Shown here: one piece after another, positions 45,195 to 55,469 of the stretch
How positions within the stretch are numbered: position 1 is the stretch's first letter
Layout: each line of letters starts with the position of its first letter
NCBI GenBank assembly: GCA_934255405.1
Contig: CAKQNT010000001.1
Span: 34,043-98,042, forward strand
DNA: 64,000 bases
Source of the DNA: an uncultured Alphaproteobacteria bacterium
GTDB lineage: Bacteria > Pseudomonadota > Alphaproteobacteria > RF32 > CAG-239
Reading direction: 5' to 3'
The notes under the pieces: model-generated
What the model was told of the DNA's origin: nothing
What the model saw: the letters and a program-made list of their open reading frames with translations, nothing else
Databases searched by the model: none
Made by a program: the position numbers and the translations under genes

Positions 45195-45918
45195 ATATTG
45201 CGATGAGTACAATATCCGCAGCTATGAATGCGACAGCAACGGGAATCTCCGAATTTTGACTTTGATGAATATTTTTCAGGATATGGCAGACAACCATGCC
45301 AGAGAATTGGGGCTGGGCATTGACTATGTCTTGTCTAAGGGATTGGCTTGGGTCGGCACCAATTATGCAATGGATATTGTACGGCTTCCTAAAATGCACG
45401 AACATATTGAAATAATTACGTGGCCTTCGGCAGAGCGCCGACTTGGAGCAGTCCGCGACTTTGAGGTGTTTGGAGAGGACGGCAAAAGCATTATCAAAGC
45501 ATCTAGCCAGTGGGTGCTGATTGACTTCAAACGCAAACGGCCGGTAAGCCTGAACGAAAATCTGCCGGAATACACCTGTATTCCCGAGCGCGCCTTAGAA
45601 ACGGATTTTCCCAAATTGCCGGAAGTTGAGCGTATTGATGAAGAAACCAAATTCAGAGTGCGCTTTGACGATGTTGATATAAATAAACACGTAAACAACG
45701 CAGTATATGTGTTGTGGGCTTGCGAAGCGGTTAATCCGGAATTTAGAGTAGCTCACTCTCCCAAGCATATTGAAATATCTTTTCGCAAAGAAGGGCACAT
45801 GGGTGAAAAAATCAAGGTCAGCACCCAATGCGAAGGGTTGCACAGTTTTCACACCATACGCACTTATGACAGCGATGATGAACGTGAGCTGGCAAGAGCA
45901 TACATAGAGTGGGAATAA
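45181..45918 (+). CDS. Acyl-ACP thioesterase (FatA/B-type hot-dog) family protein.
   Basis: Pattern resemblance over N-terminal 70 aa. Assignment tentative. Confidence 0.5.
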   Translation: MQINKYCDEYNIRSYECDSNGNLRILTLMNIFQDMADNHARELGLGIDYVLSKGLAWVGTNYAMDIVRLPKMHEHIEIITWPSAERRLGAVRDFEVFGEDGKSIIKASSQWVLIDFKRKRPVSLNENLPEYTCIPERALETDFPKLPEVERIDEETKFRVRFDDVDINKHVNNAVYVLWACEAVNPEFRVAHSPKHIEISFRKEGHMGEKIKVSTQCEGLHSFHTIRTYDSDDERELARAYIEWE

Positions 45919-45946
45919 CGTCGGCAAATGTTTCCGGCATAGTCAA

Positions 45947-46510
45947 TCACACTGATAAGTGTTCATATAAAATTTTCGCGCCAAGTCCAATGAGAATAAT
46001 GCCTGAAGAAATTTCCAACCATTGAGTAGGAAACTTCTTAAAGATACGACAAAAATTAAACCCGATGTTTGCGCACACAAAAGTGGTGATACCGATTAAT
46101 GACGCCGAGCTCCAAATCGGCACCTGAACAAAGTAAAGCATGGAGCCACTGACAAAGGCATCTATAGACGTGGCCACACCAATCATAAACAACACCTTTA
46201 AGGACAAGGTTTTGTTTAATTTATTTGAGCACTCGTCACTACGCAGAGAATCGCTGATAACCTTGAGTCCCAACATCAAAAATACAAAAAAAGCTATCCA
46301 GTGATCAATCTGCTCTATCTGATGATAAATCGTGCGGGCACCATACCAGCCTAAAACCGGCATTATAAATTGCCCCAAACCGGTTGACGCGGCTATTTGC
46401 AAAGCGGATTTGCCTTTTTTCTTTTTGATAACCAAGCCATAAGAAAAAGCAACAACAAAGGCATCTACCGACAATGCCAAAGCTAAAAACCATATTTCCA
46501 AGAAACTCAA
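45947..46510 (-). CDS. mntP: Manganese efflux pump MntP family.
   Basis: N-terminus MSFLEIWFLALALSVDAFVVAFSYG, six TMs. Confidence 0.65.
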   Translation of the reverse strand: MSFLEIWFLALALSVDAFVVAFSYGLVIKKKKGKSALQIAASTGLGQFIMPVLGWYGARTIYHQIEQIDHWIAFFVFLMLGLKVISDSLRSDECSNKLNKTLSLKVLFMIGVATSIDAFVSGSMLYFVQVPIWSSASLIGITTFVCANIGFNFCRIFKKFPTQWLEISSGIILIGLGAKILYEHLSV

Positions 46511-46569
46511 TGTCTTCTCCGTTGTATTTTTTTTATTTTTGAGTACAATGCTCGCAAAGGAGCAAGTTT

Positions 46570-47292
46570 ATGGTTGACTATAGCGAAGATTATTTATTAG
46601 ACAAGCGAATAAAAATTTTTCAACCCAATGACGGATATCGGGCGGCAATAGACGCGGTACTTTTGGCCGCCGCAGTAAAGAACGTGCGCCCAGATGATAA
46701 TATTTTAGACATCGGATCCGGTACCGGCGCCATAAGTCTGTGTATTGCCGACAGATTTAGAGAAAATGAGATAACCGGAGTAGAAATCCAAGCGGAGTTA
46801 GCAGAATTGGCCAACAAAAGCGCTCAAGCCAACGGTTTTGCAAAACTAAAATATATAAATAGAGATATTTTTGAGCGCCCACTGCCGTTTTGCTCATTTG
46901 CTCATGTGGTGAGCAACCCACCTTATTTTGAAAACTCAATGCCGACATCTCCCAGATCAGGCAAAGCAACAGCTCATACTTTTAGTCATGGCAACTTAAA
47001 CGATTGGGTTAATCTCTGTATCAAGATGGTACGTCCGCAAGGCTATTTGTATATGATAAACCGCACCGAAGCGTTGGCGGAAATTTTAGCGTCGTTTTCG
47101 GGCCGTATGGGAGAAATTCGTATTTTTCCATTCTATTCAAAAGTCGGGCTTGATGCCAAACGAATAATTGTCCGCGCCAAAAAAGACTCCCGCGCTCCTC
47201 TCTCAATTGCGCCGGAATTGATAATACACGAAGCGGACGGGAGCTACACTCAAGCCGCAGAAGCAATCCTAAGGGGCGGAAATTGTTTGTAA
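46570..47292 (+). CDS. N6-adenine methyltransferase, tRNA m6A37 methyltransferase (TrmN6/YfiC)-like.
   Basis: DIGSGTGAISL motif I and NPPYF motif IV. Confidence 0.6.
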   Translation: MVDYSEDYLLDKRIKIFQPNDGYRAAIDAVLLAAAVKNVRPDDNILDIGSGTGAISLCIADRFRENEITGVEIQAELAELANKSAQANGFAKLKYINRDIFERPLPFCSFAHVVSNPPYFENSMPTSPRSGKATAHTFSHGNLNDWVNLCIKMVRPQGYLYMINRTEALAEILASFSGRMGEIRIFPFYSKVGLDAKRIIVRAKKDSRAPLSIAPELIIHEADGSYTQAAEAILRGGNCL

Positions 47293-47300
47293 TTTTTAGG

Positions 47301-47329
47301 TTGACAGCAAAGGCTTTTGCGGTTATAAA
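47301..47329 (+). promoter_or_regulatory. Sigma70 consensus promoter TTGACA-17 nt-TATAAA upstream of rpmH.
   Basis: Seen in sequence. Confidence 0.6.
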
Positions 47330-47409
47330 CCAAATGTCCGAGAGTTCCGTGGTGGAACTTTAAATAAAACAAATAACAGGCTAACAGCCTGACTAACCGG
47401 AGAAAAAAT

Positions 47410-47544
47410 ATGAAACGTACCTATCAGCCGAGTAAATTGGTAAGAGCTCGTCGTCATGGATTCCGCACCCGCATGGCTACCGCCGGCGGACGCAAGGTTT
47501 TGTCTGCACGTAGAGCAAAAGGCCGTAAAAAACTTTCGGCCTAA
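47410..47544 (+). CDS. rpmH: 50S ribosomal protein L34.
   Basis: [44 protein letters not shown], found manually (below ORF-track cutoff). Confidence 0.9.
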   Translation: MKRTYQPSKLVRARRHGFRTRMATAGGRKVLSARRAKGRKKLSA

Positions 47545-47547
47545 GAG

Positions 47548-47940
47548 ATGAAAGTTCTTATCTTAAAGAAAAGAAAAGATTTCGTCAGAGCCGCCAGAGG
47601 ACTCAAATCGGTTACTCCGAGTTTGATTCTGCAGGCGGCTCAAAGTTTATCCACTCCTGCAAAACCGGTGTTGGGAGATGGTTGTTATCTGGGTTTTACT
47701 GCCACCAAAAAACTGGGCAAAGCGCATATTCGCAATCTGGTAAAACGCCGATTACGTGCGGCAGCTGCAGAGTGCTTTGCTGACAATGCTTTGTCCGGCA
47801 TGGATTATGTTCTGATTGGAAGATACAACACGGCAGAGGTTGACTTTATTAAGCTCAAGTCAGATATGATAAAAGCTCTGCGCGATATTGAAAATCAGAG
47901 AAACGAAAAAAATGAAGTTTCTAATCATCGGGTTAATTAA
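47548..47940 (+). CDS. rnpA: RNase P protein component.
   Basis: Position after rpmH. Basic 130-aa protein. Confidence 0.75.
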   Translation: MKVLILKKRKDFVRAARGLKSVTPSLILQAAQSLSTPAKPVLGDGCYLGFTATKKLGKAHIRNLVKRRLRAAAAECFADNALSGMDYVLIGRYNTAEVDFIKLKSDMIKALRDIENQRNEKNEVSNHRVN

Positions 47941-48139
47941 ATTTTATCAAAATTGCATTTCACCGTGGCTGCCCAATGTATGCCGCTACAAACCAAGCTG
48001 CTCGGAATATTTTGTTCAGGCGGTGCAGATTCATGGCGTGATTAAAGGCTCCTACCTTGGAATCCGGCGAATTTTGCGATGTCATCCGTGGGGCGGAAAA
48101 GGATATGATCCGGTACCACCCAAAAAATCAGAAAAATGA
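47912..48139 (+). CDS. yidD: Membrane protein insertion efficiency factor YidD.
   Basis: [18 protein letters not shown]...[14 protein letters not shown]. Confidence 0.8.
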   Translation: MKFLIIGLIKFYQNCISPWLPNVCRYKPSCSEYFVQAVQIHGVIKGSYLGIRRILRCHPWGGKGYDPVPPKKSEK

Positions 48140-48218
48140 TTTAAGTGCTTGCCTTAGCAAAGAAAGTATACTACATATAAGCAAGTTATAAGATTGAAGG
48201 ACAAGGAGTTTTCGGTTT

Positions 48219-49883
48219 ATGAGAGAAGAGACTAAAAGCCTGTATATTGCCATTGTGCTGTCACTGGTTGTGATTTTGGCTACCAACTGGCTGTTTCCTA
48301 AGCAACAGCAGGCGGTTGAAGAAACTGTTGCAGTCGAGCAAATAGAAGTCAAAAACGTTGAAGCCGCTTCGGCTCCGGAAAAGATTGACCTGCCGATGGC
48401 AGAGGTTTTGAAATCTGACAAACGCGTGCAGATAAGCAACCGTGCAATTAGTGGCTCAATTCGGCTCAAAGGCGCTCGTTTTGACGAGCTGAATCTCACT
48501 CGCTACAAACAAACTTTGGCTGAAAACAGCGCTGATGTAAATTTGTTTTCTCCGGCCGGCACTGTCGCTCCTTATTATGCTGAATTTGGTTGGCTCGGCA
48601 CAGATAACTCTCTAAAACTACCCAATGAGAACACCATTTGGCAGCTTAAGGGCAACAAGCTTACTCCGCAAACTCCGATTATTTTGGAATGGAACAATGG
48701 TCAGGGCTTGAAGTTTGTTCGTAAGATTTCGGTTGATGATAACTACCTCTTCAGCATTGAGCAAATTGTTGAAAACAACAGCGGTAAAGATATTACTCTC
48801 TATCCCTATGCCTTGATTAACCGAGAATCTCCTGAAGCTGACGGCAATGCCCGCGTTGTGCATGAAGGGGTTGCCGGCGTGCTGGATTCAACTCTGAAAG
48901 AAATCAAGTTCAGCAGCCTAAAAAAGGATAAAAAAGAAGAGTTCACATCAACCGGAGGCTGGGCAGGTTTTTCTGATCACTACTGGTTGAGCGCGCTGAT
49001 ACTAGACAACAATTCTCAGAGCCGTGTAAAATTTTCGGAAACCGGAAAAGATACTTATCAGACAGACTTTGTCGGGCAAGGAATTAACATCGCCAATGGT
49101 ACTGTCGGCACATCCGGCAGCAAGTTCTTTGCCGGCGCTAAAGAAATCAGCCTGCTTGATGCCTACACTAAACAACATCATATTGAAAAATTTGATTTGG
49201 CGGTAGATTTTGGCTGGTATTACTTTTTGACCAAACCATTCTTCTATATCTTGGACTTTTTCTATCGGATTATCGGCAACATGGGCTGGGCAATATTGCT
49301 GTTTGCCGCTCTGCTGCGTCTGGCGATGTTTCCGATTGCCAATAAGTCTTATGAGAGCATGTCTAAAATGAAAAAGGTTCAGCCGAAGATTCAAGATCTG
49401 CAGAACAAATATAAAGACGACAAAATGAAACTGCAGGCAGAAATGATGAACCTTTACAAAAAAGAGAAAATTAATCCGGCATCCGGCTGTCTGCCGATGT
49501 TAATCCAAATTCCGGTATTTTTCTCTCTCTACAAGGTTTTGAATATCGCCATTGAAATCCGTCATGCTCCGTTCATCGGTTGGATTAAAGATTTGTCAGC
49601 TCCGGATCCGCTGACATTGTCGGTGATTACCCATTTGCCGGTTCCGAGCTTTTTGGATATTGGCATTTGGCCGATTATCATGGGAATCACCATGTATATT
49701 CAGCAAAAATTAAATCCGGCCCCGACTAATAAAGATCAAGCCAGAATGTTTGCACTGATGCCGCTGGTATTTATGTTTATGCTTGGGCATTTTGCCTCAG
49801 GATTGGTTATCTACTGGGCTTTGAGCAATATATTGTCAATCATTCAGCAAAAAGTTATTATGAAAAAAGTCGGAGTTAACTAA
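48219..49883 (+). CDS. yidC: Membrane protein insertase YidC.
   Basis: 554 aa. Large periplasmic domain plus conserved C-terminal TM core. Operon context. Confidence 0.85.
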   Translation: MREETKSLYIAIVLSLVVILATNWLFPKQQQAVEETVAVEQIEVKNVEAASAPEKIDLPMAEVLKSDKRVQISNRAISGSIRLKGARFDELNLTRYKQTLAENSADVNLFSPAGTVAPYYAEFGWLGTDNSLKLPNENTIWQLKGNKLTPQTPIILEWNNGQGLKFVRKISVDDNYLFSIEQIVENNSGKDITLYPYALINRESPEADGNARVVHEGVAGVLDSTLKEIKFSSLKKDKKEEFTSTGGWAGFSDHYWLSALILDNNSQSRVKFSETGKDTYQTDFVGQGINIANGTVGTSGSKFFAGAKEISLLDAYTKQHHIEKFDLAVDFGWYYFLTKPFFYILDFFYRIIGNMGWAILLFAALLRLAMFPIANKSYESMSKMKKVQPKIQDLQNKYKDDKMKLQAEMMNLYKKEKINPASGCLPMLIQIPVFFSLYKVLNIAIEIRHAPFIGWIKDLSAPDPLTLSVITHLPVPSFLDIGIWPIIMGITMYIQQKLNPAPTNKDQARMFALMPLVFMFMLGHFASGLVIYWALSNILSIIQQKVIMKKVGVN

Positions 49884-50524
49884 TGACCTTTGAGCAACCG
49901 GAATTTAGCGCTGAGCAAATTGAGGTCGCACGCAAATTATTTGCCGGCAAATGTGAATTTGTGCTCGGGGTGGCAAAGTTGGAACAACTACCGTTGACTG
50001 AGTGGCCGGAGATTGCTTTTGCCGGACGCTCCAATGTCGGAAAGTCAAGCCTTATAAACGCAGTTACCGGCAAAAAAGGCTTGGCAAAAACCTCTAACAC
50101 CCCTGGGCGCACTCAACAGCTGAATTACTTTAATCTGGCAGACAAAATACATATCGTAGACCTTCCGGGCTATGGTTATGCGGAGGCTCCGGAAAGTACG
50201 GTTCGACAGTGGCAAAAAGTTATTTTTGCTTATTTGCAAGGACGTGTTAACCTTAAGCGGGTTTTTGTGCTGATTGATTCACGACACGGCATCAAAAAAT
50301 CTGATCGGGAAATCATGGAATTGTTGGACAAGGCGGCGGTGACGTATCAGCTGGTATTGACTAAGGCAGACAAGATAAGTGCGGCGGCGTTGCAAAAGGT
50401 TAAGTCTGATTTGCAAACAGAGGTCGGAAAGCATGCGGCAGCATATTCTGTGGTTCTGGCAACAAGCTCCGAAAAAAGAATCGGCATTGATATATTGCAA
50501 GCAGAAATTGCATCTTTATTATAA
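49883..50524 (+). CDS. engB: GTP-binding protein EngB/YsxC.
   Basis: GRSNVGKSSLINA, DLPGYGYA. Confidence 0.85.
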   Translation: MTFEQPEFSAEQIEVARKLFAGKCEFVLGVAKLEQLPLTEWPEIAFAGRSNVGKSSLINAVTGKKGLAKTSNTPGRTQQLNYFNLADKIHIVDLPGYGYAEAPESTVRQWQKVIFAYLQGRVNLKRVFVLIDSRHGIKKSDREIMELLDKAAVTYQLVLTKADKISAAALQKVKSDLQTEVGKHAAAYSVVLATSSEKRIGIDILQAEIASLL

Positions 50525-50549
50525 ATTCAGCACATAGAAAAGAGCGCGC

Positions 50550-50593
50550 AAAAAAAACACCCCGCATGTCTTAGCAAGCGGGGTGTTTTGTTT
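50550..50593. terminator. Bidirectional rho-independent terminator between engB and rpsA.
   Basis: Hairpin ACACCCCGC/GCGGGGTGT with flanking A/T runs. Confidence 0.7.
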
Positions 50594-50604
50594 ACCAAAA
50601 ACGA

Positions 50605-52290
50605 CTAAGCGTTCTTTTTCAGAGCAGCGCCCAGAGCATCGCCGAGAGCAGAGTTGCCACTGTCAGAGTTGGTGTACTCTTCCAGAGCTTTCTTCTCTTC
50701 TTCGATTTCCAGAGCTTTTACTGAAAGGTTCAGCTTGTTGTTTTTCTTGTCAACAGTGGTGACTTTAGCCTCAAGAACATCGCCCTCTTTGAAGGTCTCA
50801 GGGGTCTGAGCGTTTTTGTCTTTAGACAAATCAGCTTTCTTGATGTATGCAGATACACCGTTAACTTCAACGTTTACGCCTTTGTCATCAGCGCTGACAA
50901 CAGTAGCCTTAACAACATCGCCCTTCTTGAAAGCTTCAAGAGCTGCGCCGGTGGTGTTTTCGGTCAACTGTTTAATACCAAGGCTGATGCGCTCTTTTTC
51001 AACATCAACGTCAATGATTTTGGCCTGAATTTCCTGACCTTTGGTGTAGTCCTTAACAGCTTCTTCGCCAGACTTGTCCCAAGAAATATCAGACAGGTGA
51101 ATCATACCATCAATCTCATCAGACAAACCAACAAACAAACCAAATTCGGTAATATTCTTGATTTTGCCTTCGATGATTGATCCAACCGGATGCTCTTCTA
51201 CATAAGCAGCCCACGGATTAGGAGTGCACTGTTTAATGCCCAAAGAGATACGACGTTTGTCAGCATCAACTTCCAGAACTTTAACCTGAACTTCTTGAGA
51301 GGTAGATACAATCTTACCCGGGTGTACGTTCTTGCGAGTCCAGCTCATTTCAGAAACGTGAACCAAACCTTCAATACCGTCTTCGAGTTCAACAAAAGCA
51401 CCGTAATCAGTGATGTTGGTAACTTTACCGGTGTAAATTTCGCCAACTTTGTATTTGTCGGCAACGCTCTGCCACGGGTCAGATTCAAGCTGTTTCATAC
51501 CCAAAGAAATTCTCTGGTTGTCTTCGTTGAATTTGATAACCTGAACTTTAACAGTCTGGCCAACAGACAAAACTTCAGCCGGATGATTAATGCGTTTCCA
51601 AGAAATATCGGTAACGTGCAACAAACCGTCAACACCACCCAAATCAATAAATGCGCCGTAATCGGTAATGTTTTTAACAACGCCCTCAAGGATAGAACCT
51701 TCTTTGAGGTCATTGATGAGCTCGGCACGAGCTTCGGCACGAGTTTCTTCCAGAACAACACGGCGAGAAACAACGATGTTGCCTCTTACCTTGTCCATTT
51801 TCAAAATCTGGAAAGGTTGAGTGATACCCATCAACGGGGTGATATCGCGAATCGGGCGGATATCAATCTGAGAACCGGGCAAGAATGCAATTGCACCGTT
51901 GAGGTCAACAGTGAAACCACCTTTAACGCGGCCAAAGATAACGCCGTTAACACGCTCACCGGAATTGAGACACTTCTCAAGATCTTGCCAGGCTTCTTCA
52001 CGGCGGGCTTTTTCGCGAGAGAGAACAATGTTGCCATCTTTGTCTTCATAGCGGTCAACATAAACTTCTACCTGATCACCAGCCTTGAGTTCGGCGTTTT
52101 GGCCAAACTCGCGCAGAGGAATGCGGCCCTCTGACTTGAGGCCGACATCAACAGTGGCAAAGTCATCAGACAATTTAATAATGGTACCCTTAACAACCGA
52201 GCCGACAATACCTTTGTCGCCGAACTGTTCATTCAGCAAAGCTTCAAAATTTTCGTTGTTTTCAGGGATTTTGATATCAGTATTAATCAT
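50605..52290 (-). CDS. rpsA: 30S ribosomal protein S1.
   Basis: 561 aa with repeated S1 domains. Confidence 0.9.
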   Translation of the reverse strand: MINTDIKIPENNENFEALLNEQFGDKGIVGSVVKGTIIKLSDDFATVDVGLKSEGRIPLREFGQNAELKAGDQVEVYVDRYEDKDGNIVLSREKARREEAWQDLEKCLNSGERVNGVIFGRVKGGFTVDLNGAIAFLPGSQIDIRPIRDITPLMGITQPFQILKMDKVRGNIVVSRRVVLEETRAEARAELINDLKEGSILEGVVKNITDYGAFIDLGGVDGLLHVTDISWKRINHPAEVLSVGQTVKVQVIKFNEDNQRISLGMKQLESDPWQSVADKYKVGEIYTGKVTNITDYGAFVELEDGIEGLVHVSEMSWTRKNVHPGKIVSTSQEVQVKVLEVDADKRRISLGIKQCTPNPWAAYVEEHPVGSIIEGKIKNITEFGLFVGLSDEIDGMIHLSDISWDKSGEEAVKDYTKGQEIQAKIIDVDVEKERISLGIKQLTENTTGAALEAFKKGDVVKATVVSADDKGVNVEVNGVSAYIKKADLSKDKNAQTPETFKEGDVLEAKVTTVDKKNNKLNLSVKALEIEEEKKALEEYTNSDSGNSALGDALGAALKKNA

Positions 52291-52416
52291 TAAGTATTAT
52301 TTCAAAAATGCCATTCCTCCAGATAAGAAACGAGGCGGACTTGTGCGAGGTTAAGAATACCGATGGCAATAGCGCACCCTATTGCCAAAGAGTGGTTCTT
52401 TTATAACCTAAAATAT

Positions 52417-53085
52417 TTATTTTTCAAGCTTTTTATCAATGAGAGAGCAGACTTTTTCAAACACCTGCTCGGCATTGTATTCGGAGGTATCAAAGATAAC
52501 TGCATCAGCCGCCGGTTTTAATGGGGCGGCAGAGCGATTAGAATCGCGTTCATCGCGTTCCTTAATCTGCGCCAAAACCTCTTCATAAGTCTTATTGAGC
52601 CCTTTTTGCAAAAACTCTTTGTAGCGGCGCTCCGCCCTAACCTCCGGCGAGGCAGTCACAAACAGTTTAATATCCGCATCTGGACAAACTACAGTACCGG
52701 TATCGCGCCCGTCATAAATGGCGCCGTTGGCCTTTGATCCATCGGCAAACACCGGATTAAGCGCAAAATCCTGCTGCATTTTAAGCAAAGCGCGGCGAAC
52801 CGATGGCATAGCCGCAACCACGGAGGCAGAACGACCGCCAATATCTGAACGAAAATCCTGATGGTGAGAAAGTTCAATCATTTTGGGGAAAGTTAGGGCT
52901 TGGGCTACTTTTTCGGCAGTTGTCTCATCATCAAGCGGCTGTCCGTCCAATACCATCTGCAACCCTACTGCCCGATACACCATGCCTGTGTCAAAATAAG
53001 CCATGCCGTATTTGCGCGAAAGTTTATCGGCCAGAGTGCCTTTTCCGGCTGAAGCCGGACCATCTATTGTGATAATCATATCCAA
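52417..53085 (-). CDS. cmk: Cytidylate kinase.
   Basis: ITIDGPASAGKGT P-loop. Confidence 0.85.
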   Translation of the reverse strand: MDMIITIDGPASAGKGTLADKLSRKYGMAYFDTGMVYRAVGLQMVLDGQPLDDETTAEKVAQALTFPKMIELSHHQDFRSDIGGRSASVVAAMPSVRRALLKMQQDFALNPVFADGSKANGAIYDGRDTGTVVCPDADIKLFVTASPEVRAERRYKEFLQKGLNKTYEEVLAQIKERDERDSNRSAAPLKPAADAVIFDTSEYNAEQVFEKVCSLIDKKLEK

Positions 53086-53218
53086 TCCCGAGGAATATTG
53101 TTTAAGTGTAATAAAAATTTTACTTTCTGATGTTAAGTTAATCTATAAACTAAAGATAAGAAAGATAATTTAATGGTTATGCCAAAGATTTTTAAAAACG
53201 TGAGGAGAACAAGCGCTT

Positions 53219-53731
53219 ATGTATAAACTTTTGATTCTCTCTTTTATGGCATTGGCATTTTCAACTTCTGAAAGCGCTGCATTCTCTGTGCAGTCATTAA
53301 ATGATGCCTTCAGCTATAACAACATTGCTCGAGATTACGTCCATCCGGCTCCGGCAAAGCCTGAGAAAAACAACCCTGCGCCGATAATTGTCGATGACAC
53401 TCCGATTGATTATCAAACAATTGCCGAAAAACTGCTGTCGAAAAATGGAGCCCAAAAACTATATATAAACTTTTGCAAAACTACGGCGCAAAATGTACAG
53501 GGCAAGATCAAACAGACATTTTTTGTGATTTTGCCGGAAGAAGAAGGAACAAAATGGGTAATGGACACCAAATGTGCGGATATCATAGACAGCCAAAAAG
53601 ATAAAAACCGGCGGATTTGGAAATTGCAACTGAAAAAAGGCGGAAAGGAAAATGTGTTTATAGACAATATAGATACCAAAAACCAAACCGTTAAACAAAG
53701 CCGCATTTTGCGTTTGTGGGTGCAGGAATGA
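53219..53731 (+). CDS. Hypothetical secreted protein (170 aa).
   Basis: Signal peptide only. Confidence 0.3.
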   Translation: MYKLLILSFMALAFSTSESAAFSVQSLNDAFSYNNIARDYVHPAPAKPEKNNPAPIIVDDTPIDYQTIAEKLLSKNGAQKLYINFCKTTAQNVQGKIKQTFFVILPEEEGTKWVMDTKCADIIDSQKDKNRRIWKLQLKKGGKENVFIDNIDTKNQTVKQSRILRLWVQE

Positions 53732-54459
53732 AAAATCAGGCTAAAATCCGTATATTTGTTGACAACCGGCTTGAGGAAGGGCTAGATGTGCAGATTGCCG
53801 AAGAGGCATCACACTATCTGTGCAATGTTATGCGGCTGAAAAACGGTGACAAAATAATCTGTTTTAATGGTACTGATGGCGAATTTGCCGCAGAAATTGT
53901 TAACGCCAACAAAAAGCAAACCACCCTCAAAATCATTAAACTGCTACGGCAGCCAAAGCCGATGCCGGATATCTGGTTGCTTTTTGCTCCCTTGAAAAAA
54001 GACCGCACTGATTTTTTGATTGAAAAAGCAGTCGAGCTCGGAGCGGCCAGATTGGTACCGGTTATAACCGATTATGCAATAACCGACAAAATCCGCGCCG
54101 ACCGGATTCAGGCGCAAATTATTGAGGCCGCCGAGCAATGCGAACGTCTGGATATTCCGGAACTGGCGCCGGCGATAAAGCTTGAGACCTTGCTCAACAA
54201 CTGGGACTGCAGACGTAAGTTGTATTTTATGGACGAGCGCGGTCAAGGCAGACCTTGTGCTGACGCCTTTGAGCCGCAAGGTTCGGCAGCGTTGCTTATT
54301 GGGCCGGAAGGCGGATTTTCTGATAAAGAGGCAGATATTTTGTACAAGAGCAAGTTTGTTAAACCGGTATCGCTGGGGCCGAGAATCTTGAGAGCCGAAA
54401 CCGCAGCGGCAGCAGCGTTGGCTGTCTGGCAGGCCGTTGCCGGCGATTGGAAGGAGTAA
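53716..54459 (+). CDS. rsmE: 16S rRNA (uracil1498-N3)-methyltransferase RsmE.
   Basis: GPEGGFS motif, size. Confidence 0.7.
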   Translation: MGAGMKNQAKIRIFVDNRLEEGLDVQIAEEASHYLCNVMRLKNGDKIICFNGTDGEFAAEIVNANKKQTTLKIIKLLRQPKPMPDIWLLFAPLKKDRTDFLIEKAVELGAARLVPVITDYAITDKIRADRIQAQIIEAAEQCERLDIPELAPAIKLETLLNNWDCRRKLYFMDERGQGRPCADAFEPQGSAALLIGPEGGFSDKEADILYKSKFVKPVSLGPRILRAETAAAAALAVWQAVAGDWKE

Positions 54460-54462
54460 AGA

Positions 54463-55137
54463 ATGAAGTTTTTAATTGCTGATGACCACGAATTATTTCT
54501 TAAGGGCTTGGAGCTGATTCTGCATGATTATGATCAGTCACTGGAATTGGTGATGGCTAAAAGCTACACAGATATTTTTGCCGTTTTGGCCAAACAGTCG
54601 GATTTTAATCTGGTGCTAACAGATTTGGCTATGCCGGGGGCAAATTGGCTGGAGGCAATAAAAAAAATTCACGAAACACTGCCAGATACCCCGATTATTA
54701 TTTTATCGGCCGTGTTCAATAAAGAGATTGTGCAAAAGACTATTGAAATCGGAGCCGCCGGATATATTCCCAAAAGTTCCAGCAACGCGGTGATTATGAG
54801 CGCCATAAGTTTGGTAATGTCGGGCGGCGTGTATATTCCGCCGGAATTGCTGCGCGATACGGAAGACAATGAGTTTGATATGCTTAAACAAGTGGAAAAA
54901 ATTCCGGAAACACAAGATTCCAGCGAAAAAATTAAAATTCTTTCACCGCGGCAAATAGATGTTATTCGGCTGATTTCTCAGGGCAAATCAAACAAGCAGA
55001 TTGCTTTTGAGCTCGGTTTGACTGAAGGAACCGTAAAACTGCATGTTACCGCCATTTTGAAACTGCTCAATGTCTATAATCGAACCGGAGCGGTTGTTGA
55101 GGCGGCCAAATTGGGACTAATCAATGCAAAAAAATAA
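54463..55137 (+). CDS. LuxR/FixJ-family two-component response regulator.
   Basis: Receiver domain (LIADDHELF...LTDLAMPG) plus C-terminal LuxR HTH (LSPRQIDVIRLISQGKSNKQIA). Confidence 0.8.
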   Translation: MKFLIADDHELFLKGLELILHDYDQSLELVMAKSYTDIFAVLAKQSDFNLVLTDLAMPGANWLEAIKKIHETLPDTPIIILSAVFNKEIVQKTIEIGAAGYIPKSSSNAVIMSAISLVMSGGVYIPPELLRDTEDNEFDMLKQVEKIPETQDSSEKIKILSPRQIDVIRLISQGKSNKQIAFELGLTEGTVKLHVTAILKLLNVYNRTGAVVEAAKLGLINAKK

Positions 55138-55468
55138 AATTAACACCAGACGTCTGAATGAGTATAAAAATGTATTCGGAGCAGAGAAAATGCGTTTTTT
55201 GTGGCAGGAGTATCTGACGCAATCAGCGCAAAACTGGCAAAATATGGACAATACGGATTGGGAGGCACGCCGCCAGATATTCCACAACTGGCGCTCCTCT
55301 AGCAAAGTGTTTGGAATGGATGGGTTTGCCCTTATCTGCCAACAGATAGAAGATAAAATTCTCAAACGCCGATTTGACGGACTAGACAAAAAAATAGAAC
55401 TTTGCCGCCAGAACTACGAGCAAAGTACCGGTGATGTCGGCATAATATTTTTACAAATGGAGCCATAA
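55124..55468 (+). CDS. Hpt-like histidine phosphotransfer protein (tentative).
   Basis: HNWRSSSKVFGMDGFALICQQIE resembles the Hpt H-x2-KG...G...L motif. Overlaps response-regulator gene end. Confidence 0.35.
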   Translation: MQKNKINTRRLNEYKNVFGAEKMRFLWQEYLTQSAQNWQNMDNTDWEARRQIFHNWRSSSKVFGMDGFALICQQIEDKILKRRFDGLDKKIELCRQNYEQSTGDVGIIFLQMEP

Positions 55469-55469
55469 T

